Below are positions 33,484-44,120 of a stretch of DNA of 64,000 nucleotides, in pieces. Source of the stretch: an uncultured delta proteobacterium (GTDB lineage: Bacteria > Myxococcota_A > UBA9160 > UBA4427); contig CAWGJT010000012.1 in the NCBI GenBank assembly GCA_963822965.1, forward strand, positions 32,001 through 96,000, in the 5' to 3' direction. A model generated the notes under the pieces. That model worked only from the letters and a program-made list of their open reading frames with translations. It was not told where the DNA came from and made no database searches. Every line of letters begins with the position of its first letter. The first letter of the stretch is position 1. The translations under genes were made by a program, and so were the position numbers.

Positions 33484-34104
33484 TCAGTAGGATCGCAACA
33501 GCCCGCGCAGGATGCCCCGGATCTCGACCTCGCCCGCGTGCACCTCGATGGGCTGCATGGACGCGTTGGCCGGAACCAGGCGGACCCGGTCGCCCTTGCG
33601 ATAGAAGCGCTTCAGGGTGGCCTCGGTCCCCCCGACCAGGGCGACCACCGTGTCGCCGTTGCGCGCCTGCTTTCGGCTCTCGACCACGACGAGATCCCCG
33701 TCCCGGATCTGCTCGTCGATCATCGAGTCGCCGCGCACCCGGAGCAGGTAGGTCTCGCCGGGACGACCGGCCATCCCGGGCGGCACGGCCACCCGCTCCG
33801 TCGCGCCTTCGTCCTCGATCGCCTCGATGGGAAGGCCCGCCGCCACGGTGCCCAGAACCGGCAGGGAGACCAGCTCGGAGACCTCCTCGCCGGCCTCGGG
33901 AACCGGCTCCACCGAACGGGAGCGGTTCCAGGCCTTCTGCAGGAAGCCCTTCTCGACGAGGTGCTGCACGTGCTTGTGCACGGTGGCCACGGAGGAGAGC
34001 CCGAAGTGGGAGCCGATCTCCTCGAGGCTCGGGGAGTACCCGTTGCGGCGGACGAAGTCTCGGATGAACTCGTAGATCTCGCGCTGTCGTCGGGTGAGCG
34101 CCAA
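33484..34104 (-). CDS. lexA: SOS repressor LexA
   Basis: [12 protein letters not shown]...GYSPSLEEI; Ala-Gly cleavage site VAAG; catalytic GDSM and TLKR. Confidence 0.96.
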   Translation of the reverse strand: MALTRRQREIYEFIRDFVRRNGYSPSLEEIGSHFGLSSVATVHKHVQHLVEKGFLQKAWNRSRSVEPVPEAGEEVSELVSLPVLGTVAAGLPIEAIEDEGATERVAVPPGMAGRPGETYLLRVRGDSMIDEQIRDGDLVVVESRKQARNGDTVVALVGGTEATLKRFYRKGDRVRLVPANASMQPIEVHAGEVEIRGILRGLLRSY

Positions 34105-34126
34105 GCGGAAGCCCTCCTGACCGCGC

Positions 34127-34154
34127 AGGATCGCGAAAACAAAACGAAAGTCAA
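34127..34154 (-). promoter_or_regulatory. lexA promoter with candidate direct-repeat LexA box
   Basis: -35 TTGACT (34154-34149); + strand GAAA-ACAAAAC-GAAA at 34135-34149 in the spacer. Confidence 0.55.
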
Positions 34155-34275
34155 GATGGCGCGGGCATCGGCTCGAGAAGGGGACCTGCGAGGCGCCTCG
34201 GCCGGCGCGCCGGCGCGCCGCTCCGGAGCCGCGGGCCGAGCTCGTCCGCGTCGAGGGACTGCAGCGATCGCCGGC

Positions 34276-34860
34276 TCAGGCGGCGGCGCGCAGCTTGGTC
34301 TCGGGAGAGGCGCGGTAGAAGCGGCGCAGCTCGGCGAGCAGCGCGGGGGTGTCGGCCCGGCGCGGGAAGCGGCGATCGAGCTTGCGGCAATAGGCGTGGG
34401 CCCTCTCGTGTGCCAGCTCGTAGCGCTCCCGGGAATCGGGGTCCAGACCGTCGGCCCACGTGTAGCGCTCGAAGTGGCCGAAGGCGTCGCTCGCCGCGGC
34501 GTCGGGTCGCAGGCGCACGAACACGAAGCGATCGACCTCGGCCTGCAGCTCCAGCACCAGACGCGAGACCGGCAGATCCCGCGCCGCGTGCCACGCGACG
34601 CAGACCAGATGGCTGGTCTCCTCGATGACCGTCCCGTTGCGATCGCGATCGGCCGGGTCGAGGTGCAGCCCGATCTGCAGCTCGCCCCGCTCCTCGACGA
34701 CGAGCAGCCCGCTGCGGCAGCCGTCCGGCAGCAGCTGTCGGGCGCGCGCGGACGGCAGGGACACCACGAAGCGCTCCGCCTCGATCTCGAGGTCGAGGGC
34801 GTACACCTCGTCGAGCCAGCCGGCGATCCACCCCACGCGCGTCTCGGGCGAGGCGCTCAC
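34276..34860 (-). CDS. Hypothetical protein with zincin-like motif
   Basis: IEETSH...LELQAEVDRF; GTGA overlap with the upstream gene. Confidence 0.7.
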   Translation of the reverse strand: MSASPETRVGWIAGWLDEVYALDLEIEAERFVVSLPSARARQLLPDGCRSGLLVVEERGELQIGLHLDPADRDRNGTVIEETSHLVCVAWHAARDLPVSRLVLELQAEVDRFVFVRLRPDAAASDAFGHFERYTWADGLDPDSRERYELAHERAHAYCRKLDRRFPRRADTPALLAELRRFYRASPETKLRAAA

Positions 34861-35471
34861 TGCGGCCGCTCCGCGGCCTCGCGCCCCGGGACGATCAGCC
34901 CGCGGCGGATCAGCCGAGCCCGATCGCGCCGGCTGCCCGTGGCCCGGTAGCGGTCGTAGAGGGTGAGCAGGTCGAGATCCCGAGAGCCCCGAGCCCGCTC
35001 CCCCACCTCCGAGAGCAGCTCGATGAAGTCGCCGAAGCGACTGGCGAGCTCGTAGAACAGCTCGGCTCCCGTCGGGTCCGGGCCGCGGCTCGCGAGGCCC
35101 AGCGAGAGGCGCGAGTAGGCGGTGGAGCCGATGTCCGCGTAGTAGCGCACCCCGACGGTGCGGCGGGACAGGCTCGGACCGAAGAATCCGGCGTGGAAGA
35201 GCGCCCGGTCGCCCAGGGCCCGCAGACGCGCCATGCGGGTGGCGCCCTCCACCAGCAGGGCGGCGACCAGCGACTCGGCCAGGGTGTCGGGCGGGGACGT
35301 CTCGGGGGGCGGCGGGGCGGACCGGACTCTCGCCTCCAGCAGGTCCACCAGGTAGACCCTGGCCAGGGGGCTGGGCTGCGGGCTCAGCTCGCAGCCCACC
35401 TCGCTCACCAGCTCGTCGAAGACCTGGCGGGTGGAACCGGTCGGGAGGGGGTCGAGTCGGGTCGCCGTCAT
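34857..35471 (-). CDS. Conserved hypothetical helical protein
   Basis: GGAGG RBS; LRALGDRALFHAGFF...YYADIGSTAY...LFYELASRF. Confidence 0.75.
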   Translation of the reverse strand: MTATRLDPLPTGSTRQVFDELVSEVGCELSPQPSPLARVYLVDLLEARVRSAPPPPETSPPDTLAESLVAALLVEGATRMARLRALGDRALFHAGFFGPSLSRRTVGVRYYADIGSTAYSRLSLGLASRGPDPTGAELFYELASRFGDFIELLSEVGERARGSRDLDLLTLYDRYRATGSRRDRARLIRRGLIVPGREAAERPQ

Positions 35472-35597
35472 CGCGCCTCCGTGCTGTCGCTCTCCTTCGT
35501 GCATAGATCGTCCGGCCGGGCCGTGCGACTGAAGCGCAACAAGCATCCGGCAGCCGGCAGCCCCCGGGGGAACCCCAAAAAACTTCCCGGGGTCTGG

Positions 35598-35625
35598 TTG
35601 ACATGCCGGGGTTGGGATCTAGCTT
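35598..35625 (+). promoter_or_regulatory. sigma70-type promoter of groESL
   Basis: TTGACA, 16 bp, TAGCTT, directly upstream of CIRCE. Confidence 0.65.
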
Positions 35626-35634
35626 GCGGCCGCG

Positions 35635-35661
35635 CTGGCAGTCGACCTCATCGACTGCCAG
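35635..35661 (+). promoter_or_regulatory. CIRCE element (HrcA operator)
   Basis: CTGGCAGTC-N9-GACTGCCAG perfect inverted repeat, variant of TTAGCACTC-N9-GAGTGCTAA; hrcA is in the window. Confidence 0.9.
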
Positions 35662-35843
35662 CCCCTGGCGATTGGCCAGGACAGCGACGGCCCAAGGCCG
35701 AACCCGCAACCCGAAGTGAGACGTGAGGGAGAGCTCCGAGCGACGACCAGGGTGGCCTCGCATCGCGTGATCAAATCCCCCGTCAATCGCGACAACCAGG
35801 TGCGCCCGCCCTGCGCTGGGCCACCGAGGAAGGAATCGGCACC

Positions 35844-37779
<1,936 letters not shown>

Positions 37780-37818
37780 GCGTCTCGCCGGCGCGGCCGG
37801 CGAAGCGTTCCGAAATAG

Positions 37819-37857
37819 AGAGCCCCGGAGCATCCGCTCCGGGGCTCTTCTCGTTTT
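37819..37857 (+). terminator. Rho-independent terminator of groESL
   Basis: AGAGCCCCGGAGC-atcc-GCTCCGGGGCTCT followed by TCTCGTTTT. Confidence 0.85.
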
Positions 37858-37975
37858 GGGTGCCCCGAGGGGGAGCTCCCGCGGGCCCGGCATCAAGACG
37901 CCGGTCGGGAGTGCCGAAACCCATTGTGCCTCGGGGGGATGCCTGCCGAGCTTGCGGGGTGCGCGAGCTTCCGAC

Positions 37976-39343
37976 ATGAGCGATTCGGAGACGACACAGG
38001 AGACGGTCAGGCGACGTCTCGAGCGCATGGGCATCCACGCGGAGGGGGTGCCCGGGGGCCGCAGCGTCCTCGCGCGAATGCGCCTCCAGCGCAGCGTGTT
38101 CGAGACCAGCGCCAATCGGATCCGCATCGACGAGGTGGTCTTCTCCACGGTCGGCGCCGATCGCGCCAAGTGCCTGCGGCCCCGCGCCCTCTTCCAGCTT
38201 CCGCTGCTGCGCATCGCCGACTGCCGGGACGCGACCGCCATCGAGGCGCGCATCCACCTCGCCTGGCAGCGACACGTGGCGCAGCTCGACAACGTCGAGC
38301 ACTGGCTGCGCGGTCTGGGCGTCGACCACCAGATGGAAGAGGGCCGCTCCCTCGCGGCCTTCTCGATTTCGGGCGAGGCGCCGGACGCCCGCGGCCGGAT
38401 GATCGACACGCACCGCGTCATCCTGCCCGGTCGCGGCCCCCTGTCCGGCATCGCCCTGCAGCGCGCCGACGATCGCGTGCTCCGGGTGGACCAGGGCATC
38501 GAGAGCGGCATCGACCTCGAGATCCAGATCTCGAACCGCCTGGAGGAGCTGGCGCGGCTCGACTCACGCCTGGCGCAGCAACGACGCTTCGAGGCGTTCG
38601 AGGACGAGCGCCGACGCCGGGAGCAGCCGCGCCGGGATCGCCGCCCCACGGTGCTCGTCGTGGGACCGAAGATCATGCAGGAGCGCGCCTGCATCGAGTC
38701 CTTGCGTCTCCGCGGCTACCAGGTGGCCTCCGTGCCCGGAGAGCGCGAGGCCATCGCCGTCTTCGACCACTGCTCGCCGGAGCTCGTGCTGGCGGACATC
38801 AAGCTCGGTCGCTCGGAAGGCATCGACCTGATCCAGTCCCTGCGGCAGGTGCCGGGCATCGAGGAGGTCCCGGTGATCCTGATCGACTCCCACAAGCGGA
38901 ACGACCGGCGCGAGGCGGCGCGACGCATGGGCGCCGCGGGCTACCTCGTCTACCCCATCGACGTCTCGCGCATCGCCGAACGCCTCGCGCGCATCGTCTC
39001 CGAGCCGCGACGACGCCGCTTCACCCGCTACCCGCAGCGCCTGCCCGTGCACATGCAGGGCGCCCTGCAGCCCCTGCTCACGGACTCGATCGGACGCGGG
39101 GGCATGTTCCTGGCCACCGAGGAGGAGATGCCCACGAACTCCGTGCGCGACTGCCAGATCGCCCTCCCCGAGATCGGCGCGCAGGTTCGCATCGAGGCCG
39201 AAGTCCTCTATCGCGCCGAGCTGGGCAGCGAAGCGCGGCCCGGCGTCGGACTGCGGTTCAACGCCTTCCCCGACGCCGACGAGCCCGTGTTCATCGAGTA
39301 CCTGCGCAACCTGCACCCGCAGACGCCGGTTCCCGCCATCTGA
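37976..39343 (+). CDS. Unknown N-terminal domain + atypical receiver + PilZ domain
   Basis: [21 protein letters not shown]...VPVILI...GAAGYLVYP; Pil[22 protein letters not shown]...GVGLRF. Confidence 0.82.
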   Translation: MSDSETTQETVRRRLERMGIHAEGVPGGRSVLARMRLQRSVFETSANRIRIDEVVFSTVGADRAKCLRPRALFQLPLLRIADCRDATAIEARIHLAWQRHVAQLDNVEHWLRGLGVDHQMEEGRSLAAFSISGEAPDARGRMIDTHRVILPGRGPLSGIALQRADDRVLRVDQGIESGIDLEIQISNRLEELARLDSRLAQQRRFEAFEDERRRREQPRRDRRPTVLVVGPKIMQERACIESLRLRGYQVASVPGEREAIAVFDHCSPELVLADIKLGRSEGIDLIQSLRQVPGIEEVPVILIDSHKRNDRREAARRMGAAGYLVYPIDVSRIAERLARIVSEPRRRRFTRYPQRLPVHMQGALQPLLTDSIGRGGMFLATEEEMPTNSVRDCQIALPEIGAQVRIEAEVLYRAELGSEARPGVGLRFNAFPDADEPVFIEYLRNLHPQTPVPAI

Positions 39344-39352
39344 GAAGCCCGC

Positions 39353-40327
39353 TCAGAACGGGGTCTGCGTCTGTCCCGTGAGCGAGCCGTCCACCGGGCT
39401 GAAGGTGCGCGTGACGAGCTGGCCGCTCACGGAGCCCAACGTGACCGTCTCGGAGAACGCGTTCCCCTCGATGGCGAGCGCGTAGCCGGTGATCGACGCG
39501 CTCGCGATCTCGACGCTCTCCTCCCGCAGCGGCGTGGCGAAGGTGGCCGAGAGGGGTGAGAGCCGGTGGAAGTCGTCGGCCACGGTCGACCCCGAGCCGG
39601 CCGTGCGCAGGTAGCAGGCGCTGGTCAGCACCGGCGAGCGCGTGTAGCCGAACCCCGGAGCGGCCAGCGGAGCCGCCAGCGAGAGCCCGTACTCCGCCTC
39701 CACCTCGCCCACGCCCAGCAGCGAGGGCGGATTCCCCGCCAGCGCCACGTGTTGCTCGCCGGACGGCGCGGTGCAGCCGCTGCCCGTCCCCGTCACGGTG
39801 CTCCAGCTCGACGAGACGCCCATCCAGGAGGTGGTGGCGCCCTGGAACTGGAGGACGAGGGTGGCCAGGGTGCCCGAGGAGTCGAGATCCAGCGAAATGA
39901 GGACGGCGCCCTGGAGGCTGAGGATCGTCGTGCTGCCCGGGCCCGACGGATCCGGCACGACCACGTCGAGCACCGCGTAGGACTTCCCACCGAGGAGGTC
40001 CGCGCCGAGCTGCGCCGCGAACCCCGCCGTGTCGGCCGTCACCGTGAGCGACTCGAAGGAGAGGACGCCGCCGGATGGCCGGGAGAACGCGAAGTGGAGC
40101 GTGCGGAAGTCGAGGACGTAGGTCCCGGCGTCGAAGTCGAGCTGGCCCGCGACGGCCGGAACCGGCACCGCGCCACACAGGGCGGGGTCGCCGCCGCACA
40201 GGCCGCCGACCACCTGGCCAAGCTCGGATTCGAGGTCGATGAGCGACGGGCGCGCCCAGCTCGCCAGCGGCAGCCCCAATGCCAGGCAGAGAGCGAGCCC
40301 GGCACGGAACGGGTGTCGGAGCTTCAT
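39353..40327 (-). CDS. Secreted hypothetical protein, beta-rich, possible tandem Hcp-like repeats
   Basis: Sec signal MKLRHPFRAGLALCLALGLPLASWA; ATGA overlap with the upstream PEP-CTERM gene. Confidence 0.7.
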   Translation of the reverse strand: MKLRHPFRAGLALCLALGLPLASWARPSLIDLESELGQVVGGLCGGDPALCGAVPVPAVAGQLDFDAGTYVLDFRTLHFAFSRPSGGVLSFESLTVTADTAGFAAQLGADLLGGKSYAVLDVVVPDPSGPGSTTILSLQGAVLISLDLDSSGTLATLVLQFQGATTSWMGVSSSWSTVTGTGSGCTAPSGEQHVALAGNPPSLLGVGEVEAEYGLSLAAPLAAPGFGYTRSPVLTSACYLRTAGSGSTVADDFHRLSPLSATFATPLREESVEIASASITGYALAIEGNAFSETVTLGSVSGQLVTRTFSPVDGSLTGQTQTPF

Positions 40328-41076
40328 GCGGATGGCCTCCCATCGATCCGGCGGCGACGGAGCGCGGCCAGCAGCAGGCCGCCCGAGACGAGCCCGGGTC
40401 CCCCCCCAGGCTCCGGAACCGCGATCACGAGATCGTCGACGTTGAAGAAGAACCCGGAAGCGGGCGTCATCGGGCCGGTCCCGAGCTGGGCCTGGGTGAA
40501 CGGGGCCGACGCCACCACGCCGAGGAAGTAGGCGCGATACTCCCGGCCCCCGAACGTGCCCAGCGAGGCTCCGTCGGCCAGCGCCAGCGCAGCCGCGGCC
40601 TCGCCGGGTACCGTCAGGCGCGCGTCTCCGTCGAAGAGCGCCGCACCGGGCTCCTCGGGCGTCACCAGCACGAGCCCGAAGGCTTCGATCGGCTGGCTGA
40701 ACGCGAACGCGAGCGAGCTTCCCGCTGCGAAGGCGTCGAAGTTGCCGGGGTCCGCCACGCCCAGGCTCTGGCTGCCCGAGCTCGCCGGATTCTCGACCGG
40801 GTCGGCCACCACGCGCAGCTCGAGCGCGGGACCCGTCGGGTCGAGGGCGTCGACAATCGCCGCCGGCAACACCACCCCGACCGGGGTGGCGGGCGTCGTC
40901 AGGGTGAGCCCGGATACGATGCTGCCCGCGGCCAGACCCTCGAGATCGAGGCCCACCGCCGGGCCGGGCGCCTGGGCGGCGAAGGTCGCCGGGTCGGTGT
41001 AGGCCCCGGGCGCCGCGAGCGCCGCAAGCGGCACCAGCAGCGGGATCCACGACAGACCGGCGGCCAGGACGTGCAT
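40324..41076 (-). CDS. PEP-CTERM sorting-signal protein
   Basis: N-terminal signal peptide; C-terminal VPEPGGGPGLVSGGLLLAALRRRR. Confidence 0.82.
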   Translation of the reverse strand: MHVLAAGLSWIPLLVPLAALAAPGAYTDPATFAAQAPGPAVGLDLEGLAAGSIVSGLTLTTPATPVGVVLPAAIVDALDPTGPALELRVVADPVENPASSGSQSLGVADPGNFDAFAAGSSLAFAFSQPIEAFGLVLVTPEEPGAALFDGDARLTVPGEAAAALALADGASLGTFGGREYRAYFLGVVASAPFTQAQLGTGPMTPASGFFFNVDDLVIAVPEPGGGPGLVSGGLLLAALRRRRIDGRPSA

Positions 41077-41111
41077 GGGGCCAGACTAGACGAGCCGTCC
41101 GGACGCCGGCC

Positions 41112-41906
41112 TCACCCGTTCTTGGGAGGTCGTCCTGCCGGAGGCGCACAGGCCTCGAAGAAGTCCGCGATGGCCTCCGCGAGGCGCGGGCCATCGTAGT
41201 CCACGGGCACCACGTGCCCCGACCGCTCGAGAAAGAGCAGGCGCCGGAGATCGCTCGACACGCCGCCCGCGATGTGGTGGGCATCGGCGGCCCGGGCCGT
41301 GCCGTCGAACGCACCGTGGGCGACGAGCACGGGCACCGTGATCCGCGGGAGGAGCGGACGTACCGCGCGCTGCAATCGCATCAGCTCGTGGACGCTCGCC
41401 AGGGGCATCCTCGAGTAGCCGGGATGGCGCGCACGCGCCGCGGGGGACTGGATATCCGATCCCTCCCGCTTCGGGATGTAGCGATGGAAGTGCTTCGCCA
41501 CGGGGATCAGGGCGACCAGCGGTCGAGGACGGAGCCGAAGCGGCGTCCCGATCACCGCGACGCCGTCCACCCGCCCCTCCGCGGCCAGGGCGAGGGTCAG
41601 GAGCCCCCCCATCGAGAGCCCCGCGACGAAGACCCGCTCGTGCGCGCCGCGCAGCTTCTCGACCTCGCCCCGCGCGGCCTCGAGCCAGGCGGTGTACGGC
41701 ACGCGCGAGAGCGCCTCGGGCGTGGAATCGTGGCCGGGCAGCGCGGGACCCCGGGCGCGCAGACCGCGCGCGGCGAGCACCCGCGCGACGGGGCGAACCT
41801 CGTAGGGCGTCCCGGTCAGGCCGTGCAGGCACAGGACGGCGTCGCGACCGTCGCCCCCGCTCGGCGCCAGATCGAAGGGGCTGACGTCGACCTCGTCGGT
41901 GCTCAC
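41112..41906 (-). CDS. Alpha/beta-fold carboxylesterase (YvaK/Est-like)
   Basis: CLHGLTGTPYE, GLSMGG nucleophile elbow, HGAFD, SGHVVPVD. Confidence 0.9.
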   Translation of the reverse strand: MSTDEVDVSPFDLAPSGGDGRDAVLCLHGLTGTPYEVRPVARVLAARGLRARGPALPGHDSTPEALSRVPYTAWLEAARGEVEKLRGAHERVFVAGLSMGGLLTLALAAEGRVDGVAVIGTPLRLRPRPLVALIPVAKHFHRYIPKREGSDIQSPAARARHPGYSRMPLASVHELMRLQRAVRPLLPRITVPVLVAHGAFDGTARAADAHHIAGGVSSDLRRLLFLERSGHVVPVDYDGPRLAEAIADFFEACAPPAGRPPKNG

Positions 41907-43243
41907 CGGTCCCCCTGACGCGCCGCTTCCTCGGCGGCCCGGACGACGTCCCGCAGCGGCACACCCCGGCGGCGCGCGGCCGCCTTGCAGTCGTCGTACT
42001 CGGCGGAGAACTCGACGCGCCCGTCGCCGAGCTCCACCCGCTTGACGCCGATCGTGCCGTAGGACGTCTTCACCCGCACGGAGGTCCTCGGCAGCACCAG
42101 CCGGTCCCACTCGTGGGTGCGCACGCCGATGGCGGTGGAGTGAGCGAAGAGCACCTCGGCGAGGGCCCGCCGTTCGGCCGGACGCGCCAGCACCCGCACG
42201 AGGAAGCCCGGACGGTTCTTCTTCATCTGCACGTGCTGCAGGGAGACGTCCAGGGCACCGGCCAGGAAGAGGCGCTCCATCAGGTCGTCGAAGTGCTCCG
42301 GCACGAGATCGTCGAGGTTCGTCTCCAGCGAGACGATGCGGTCCCAGTCGGCACCGCCCTCCGTACCCAGCACCGCACGCAGCACGTTCGGCATGGGTCC
42401 CTCGCGATCGCCGCCGGCGCCGTGACCCACGGCGGTGGGCGTCATCGCGGGAAGCTGCCGGAACTCGTCCACGCAGGTCCGGAGCAGCGCCGCACCCGTG
42501 GGCGTGACGGTCTCCCACGCGACGTGCGCCGGCACCGTGGGAATTCCCCGGAGCAGCTCGAGGGTGGCGGGCGCCGGCAGGGGCAGGCGTCCGTGCGACG
42601 TCTCCACGCTGCCATGCCCCAGGGCCACCGGCCCACAGGTCACGCGGGTGACGCCCAGGGCCTTCAAGCCGAACGCCGCGCCGGCGATGTCCACGACCGC
42701 GTCCACGGCGCCGACCTCGTGGAAGTGCACCTGCTCGAGCGCGGTCCCGTGGACCCGGGCCTCCGCGCGCCCCAGCACCTCGAACGTGGCCAGCGCGCGA
42801 TCGCGCACCTCGGCCTCGAGCTTCGCCTTCTCGAGCAGCCGCTGGATGGACACGTAGCTGCGCCCCTCGCCGTGTCCCTCGGACCGGTGGGCGCTGCGGG
42901 CACCGTGGGAATGCGGCATCCCGTGGGCGTGGCCGGCGGCGACGTGCCCCGTCGCCTTGCGAGCCGGGGCGCGCTTGCCGCGCGACTTCGATCGCCCCCC
43001 GCGCCCGCTCGACACCGGCGGCCGGGGCACCATCACGTCGACGTGCCGTGCCGCAATGGGTCCACGCCTCACCTTCCGAACGCGCAGCTCGAAGGCCACG
43101 CCGAGGCCGGCCAGGCCGTCGCACAGCGCTCGACGCGGCAGGCCGAGATCGAGGAGCGCAGCCAGCAGCATGTCGCCGGCGATGCCCGAGAACGGCTCCA
43201 GGTGCAGCAGGTGCGCGCGCGGCGCGGAACGTCGGGAGGCCAC
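41903..43243 (-). CDS. larC: Nickel pincer cofactor nickel-insertion protein
   Basis: FSGIAGDMLLAAL, His-rich linker, VHFHEVGAVDAVVDI, PAPAT, TPTGAA, ETNLDD, MKKNRPG, AEYDDC. Confidence 0.95.
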   Translation of the reverse strand: MASRRSAPRAHLLHLEPFSGIAGDMLLAALLDLGLPRRALCDGLAGLGVAFELRVRKVRRGPIAARHVDVMVPRPPVSSGRGGRSKSRGKRAPARKATGHVAAGHAHGMPHSHGARSAHRSEGHGEGRSYVSIQRLLEKAKLEAEVRDRALATFEVLGRAEARVHGTALEQVHFHEVGAVDAVVDIAGAAFGLKALGVTRVTCGPVALGHGSVETSHGRLPLPAPATLELLRGIPTVPAHVAWETVTPTGAALLRTCVDEFRQLPAMTPTAVGHGAGGDREGPMPNVLRAVLGTEGGADWDRIVSLETNLDDLVPEHFDDLMERLFLAGALDVSLQHVQMKKNRPGFLVRVLARPAERRALAEVLFAHSTAIGVRTHEWDRLVLPRTSVRVKTSYGTIGVKRVELGDGRVEFSAEYDDCKAAARRRGVPLRDVVRAAEEAARQGDR

Positions 43244-43247
43244 GCCG

Positions 43248-43997
43248 TCAGAGCCGGTTGATGAGGGTGGCGACGTTCGCGGCGCCGAACCCGTTGTCGA
43301 TGTTCACGACCGTGACGTTCGACGCGCAGCTCGTCAGCATGCCCAGCAGCGCCGCGACTCCGCCCAGGGACGCTCCATATCCGACGCTCGTCGGAACGGC
43401 GATCACGGGCTTGTCCACGAGCCCGCCGACCACCGAGGGCAGCGCTCCCTCCATGCCGGCCACCACGATCAAGACCCGGGCCGAGCGCAGCCGCTCCACG
43501 GACGCGAGCAGCCGGTGCACACCGGCCACGCCCACGTCCTGCAGCAGGTCGACCTCGTTGCCGAAGCGCCGGGCGACGGCGGCGGCCTCGGCGGCCACGG
43601 GCAGGTCCGCCGTGCCGGCGGTCACGACCGCGACGGTGCCCTTGCCCACCACGGGCACGTCCGCGGGCCCGAACCACAAGATGCGGGCCACCGGGTCGTA
43701 CTCCCCCCCGGCCAGCTCGCGCCGCACGGCTTCGGCCATCTCCGCCTCGAGCCGGGTGACCAGGACCGATTCACCGGCTTCCAGCAGGACCCGGACGATC
43801 TCCACGATCTGGACAGCCGTCTTGCCCGGGCCGAAGAGCACCTCGGGCAAGCCCTGGCGCAGGCCGCGATGGGTGTCGACCCGGGCGTGGGGCGTGTCGA
43901 CGAACGGGAAGCTCTTCAGCCGATCGAAGGCGTGGTCGGCAGCCAGGGCGCCGTTCGCCACGTCGTGCAGCAGCTCGAGAATTCGGTCGCGATTCAT
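43248..43997 (-). CDS. larB: Nickel pincer cofactor carboxylase/hydrolase
   Basis: AGTADLPVA, DVGVAGVHRL, AGMEGALPSVV, VPTSVGYG, VVNIDNGFGAA. Confidence 0.95.
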   Translation of the reverse strand: MNRDRILELLHDVANGALAADHAFDRLKSFPFVDTPHARVDTHRGLRQGLPEVLFGPGKTAVQIVEIVRVLLEAGESVLVTRLEAEMAEAVRRELAGGEYDPVARILWFGPADVPVVGKGTVAVVTAGTADLPVAAEAAAVARRFGNEVDLLQDVGVAGVHRLLASVERLRSARVLIVVAGMEGALPSVVGGLVDKPVIAVPTSVGYGASLGGVAALLGMLTSCASNVTVVNIDNGFGAANVATLINRL

Positions 43998-44120
43998 GCG
44001 GGCGAGAGATTACCCCAGCCGCCGTGGAAGCCGGCGACGGGTTTCTCGCGCTGCCTCGCCTTCCGGGATGGATCTTCCGGGGGCGCTGGGGCAACGTCTC
44101 GCGGGGGAGGAGGAGGCGTG

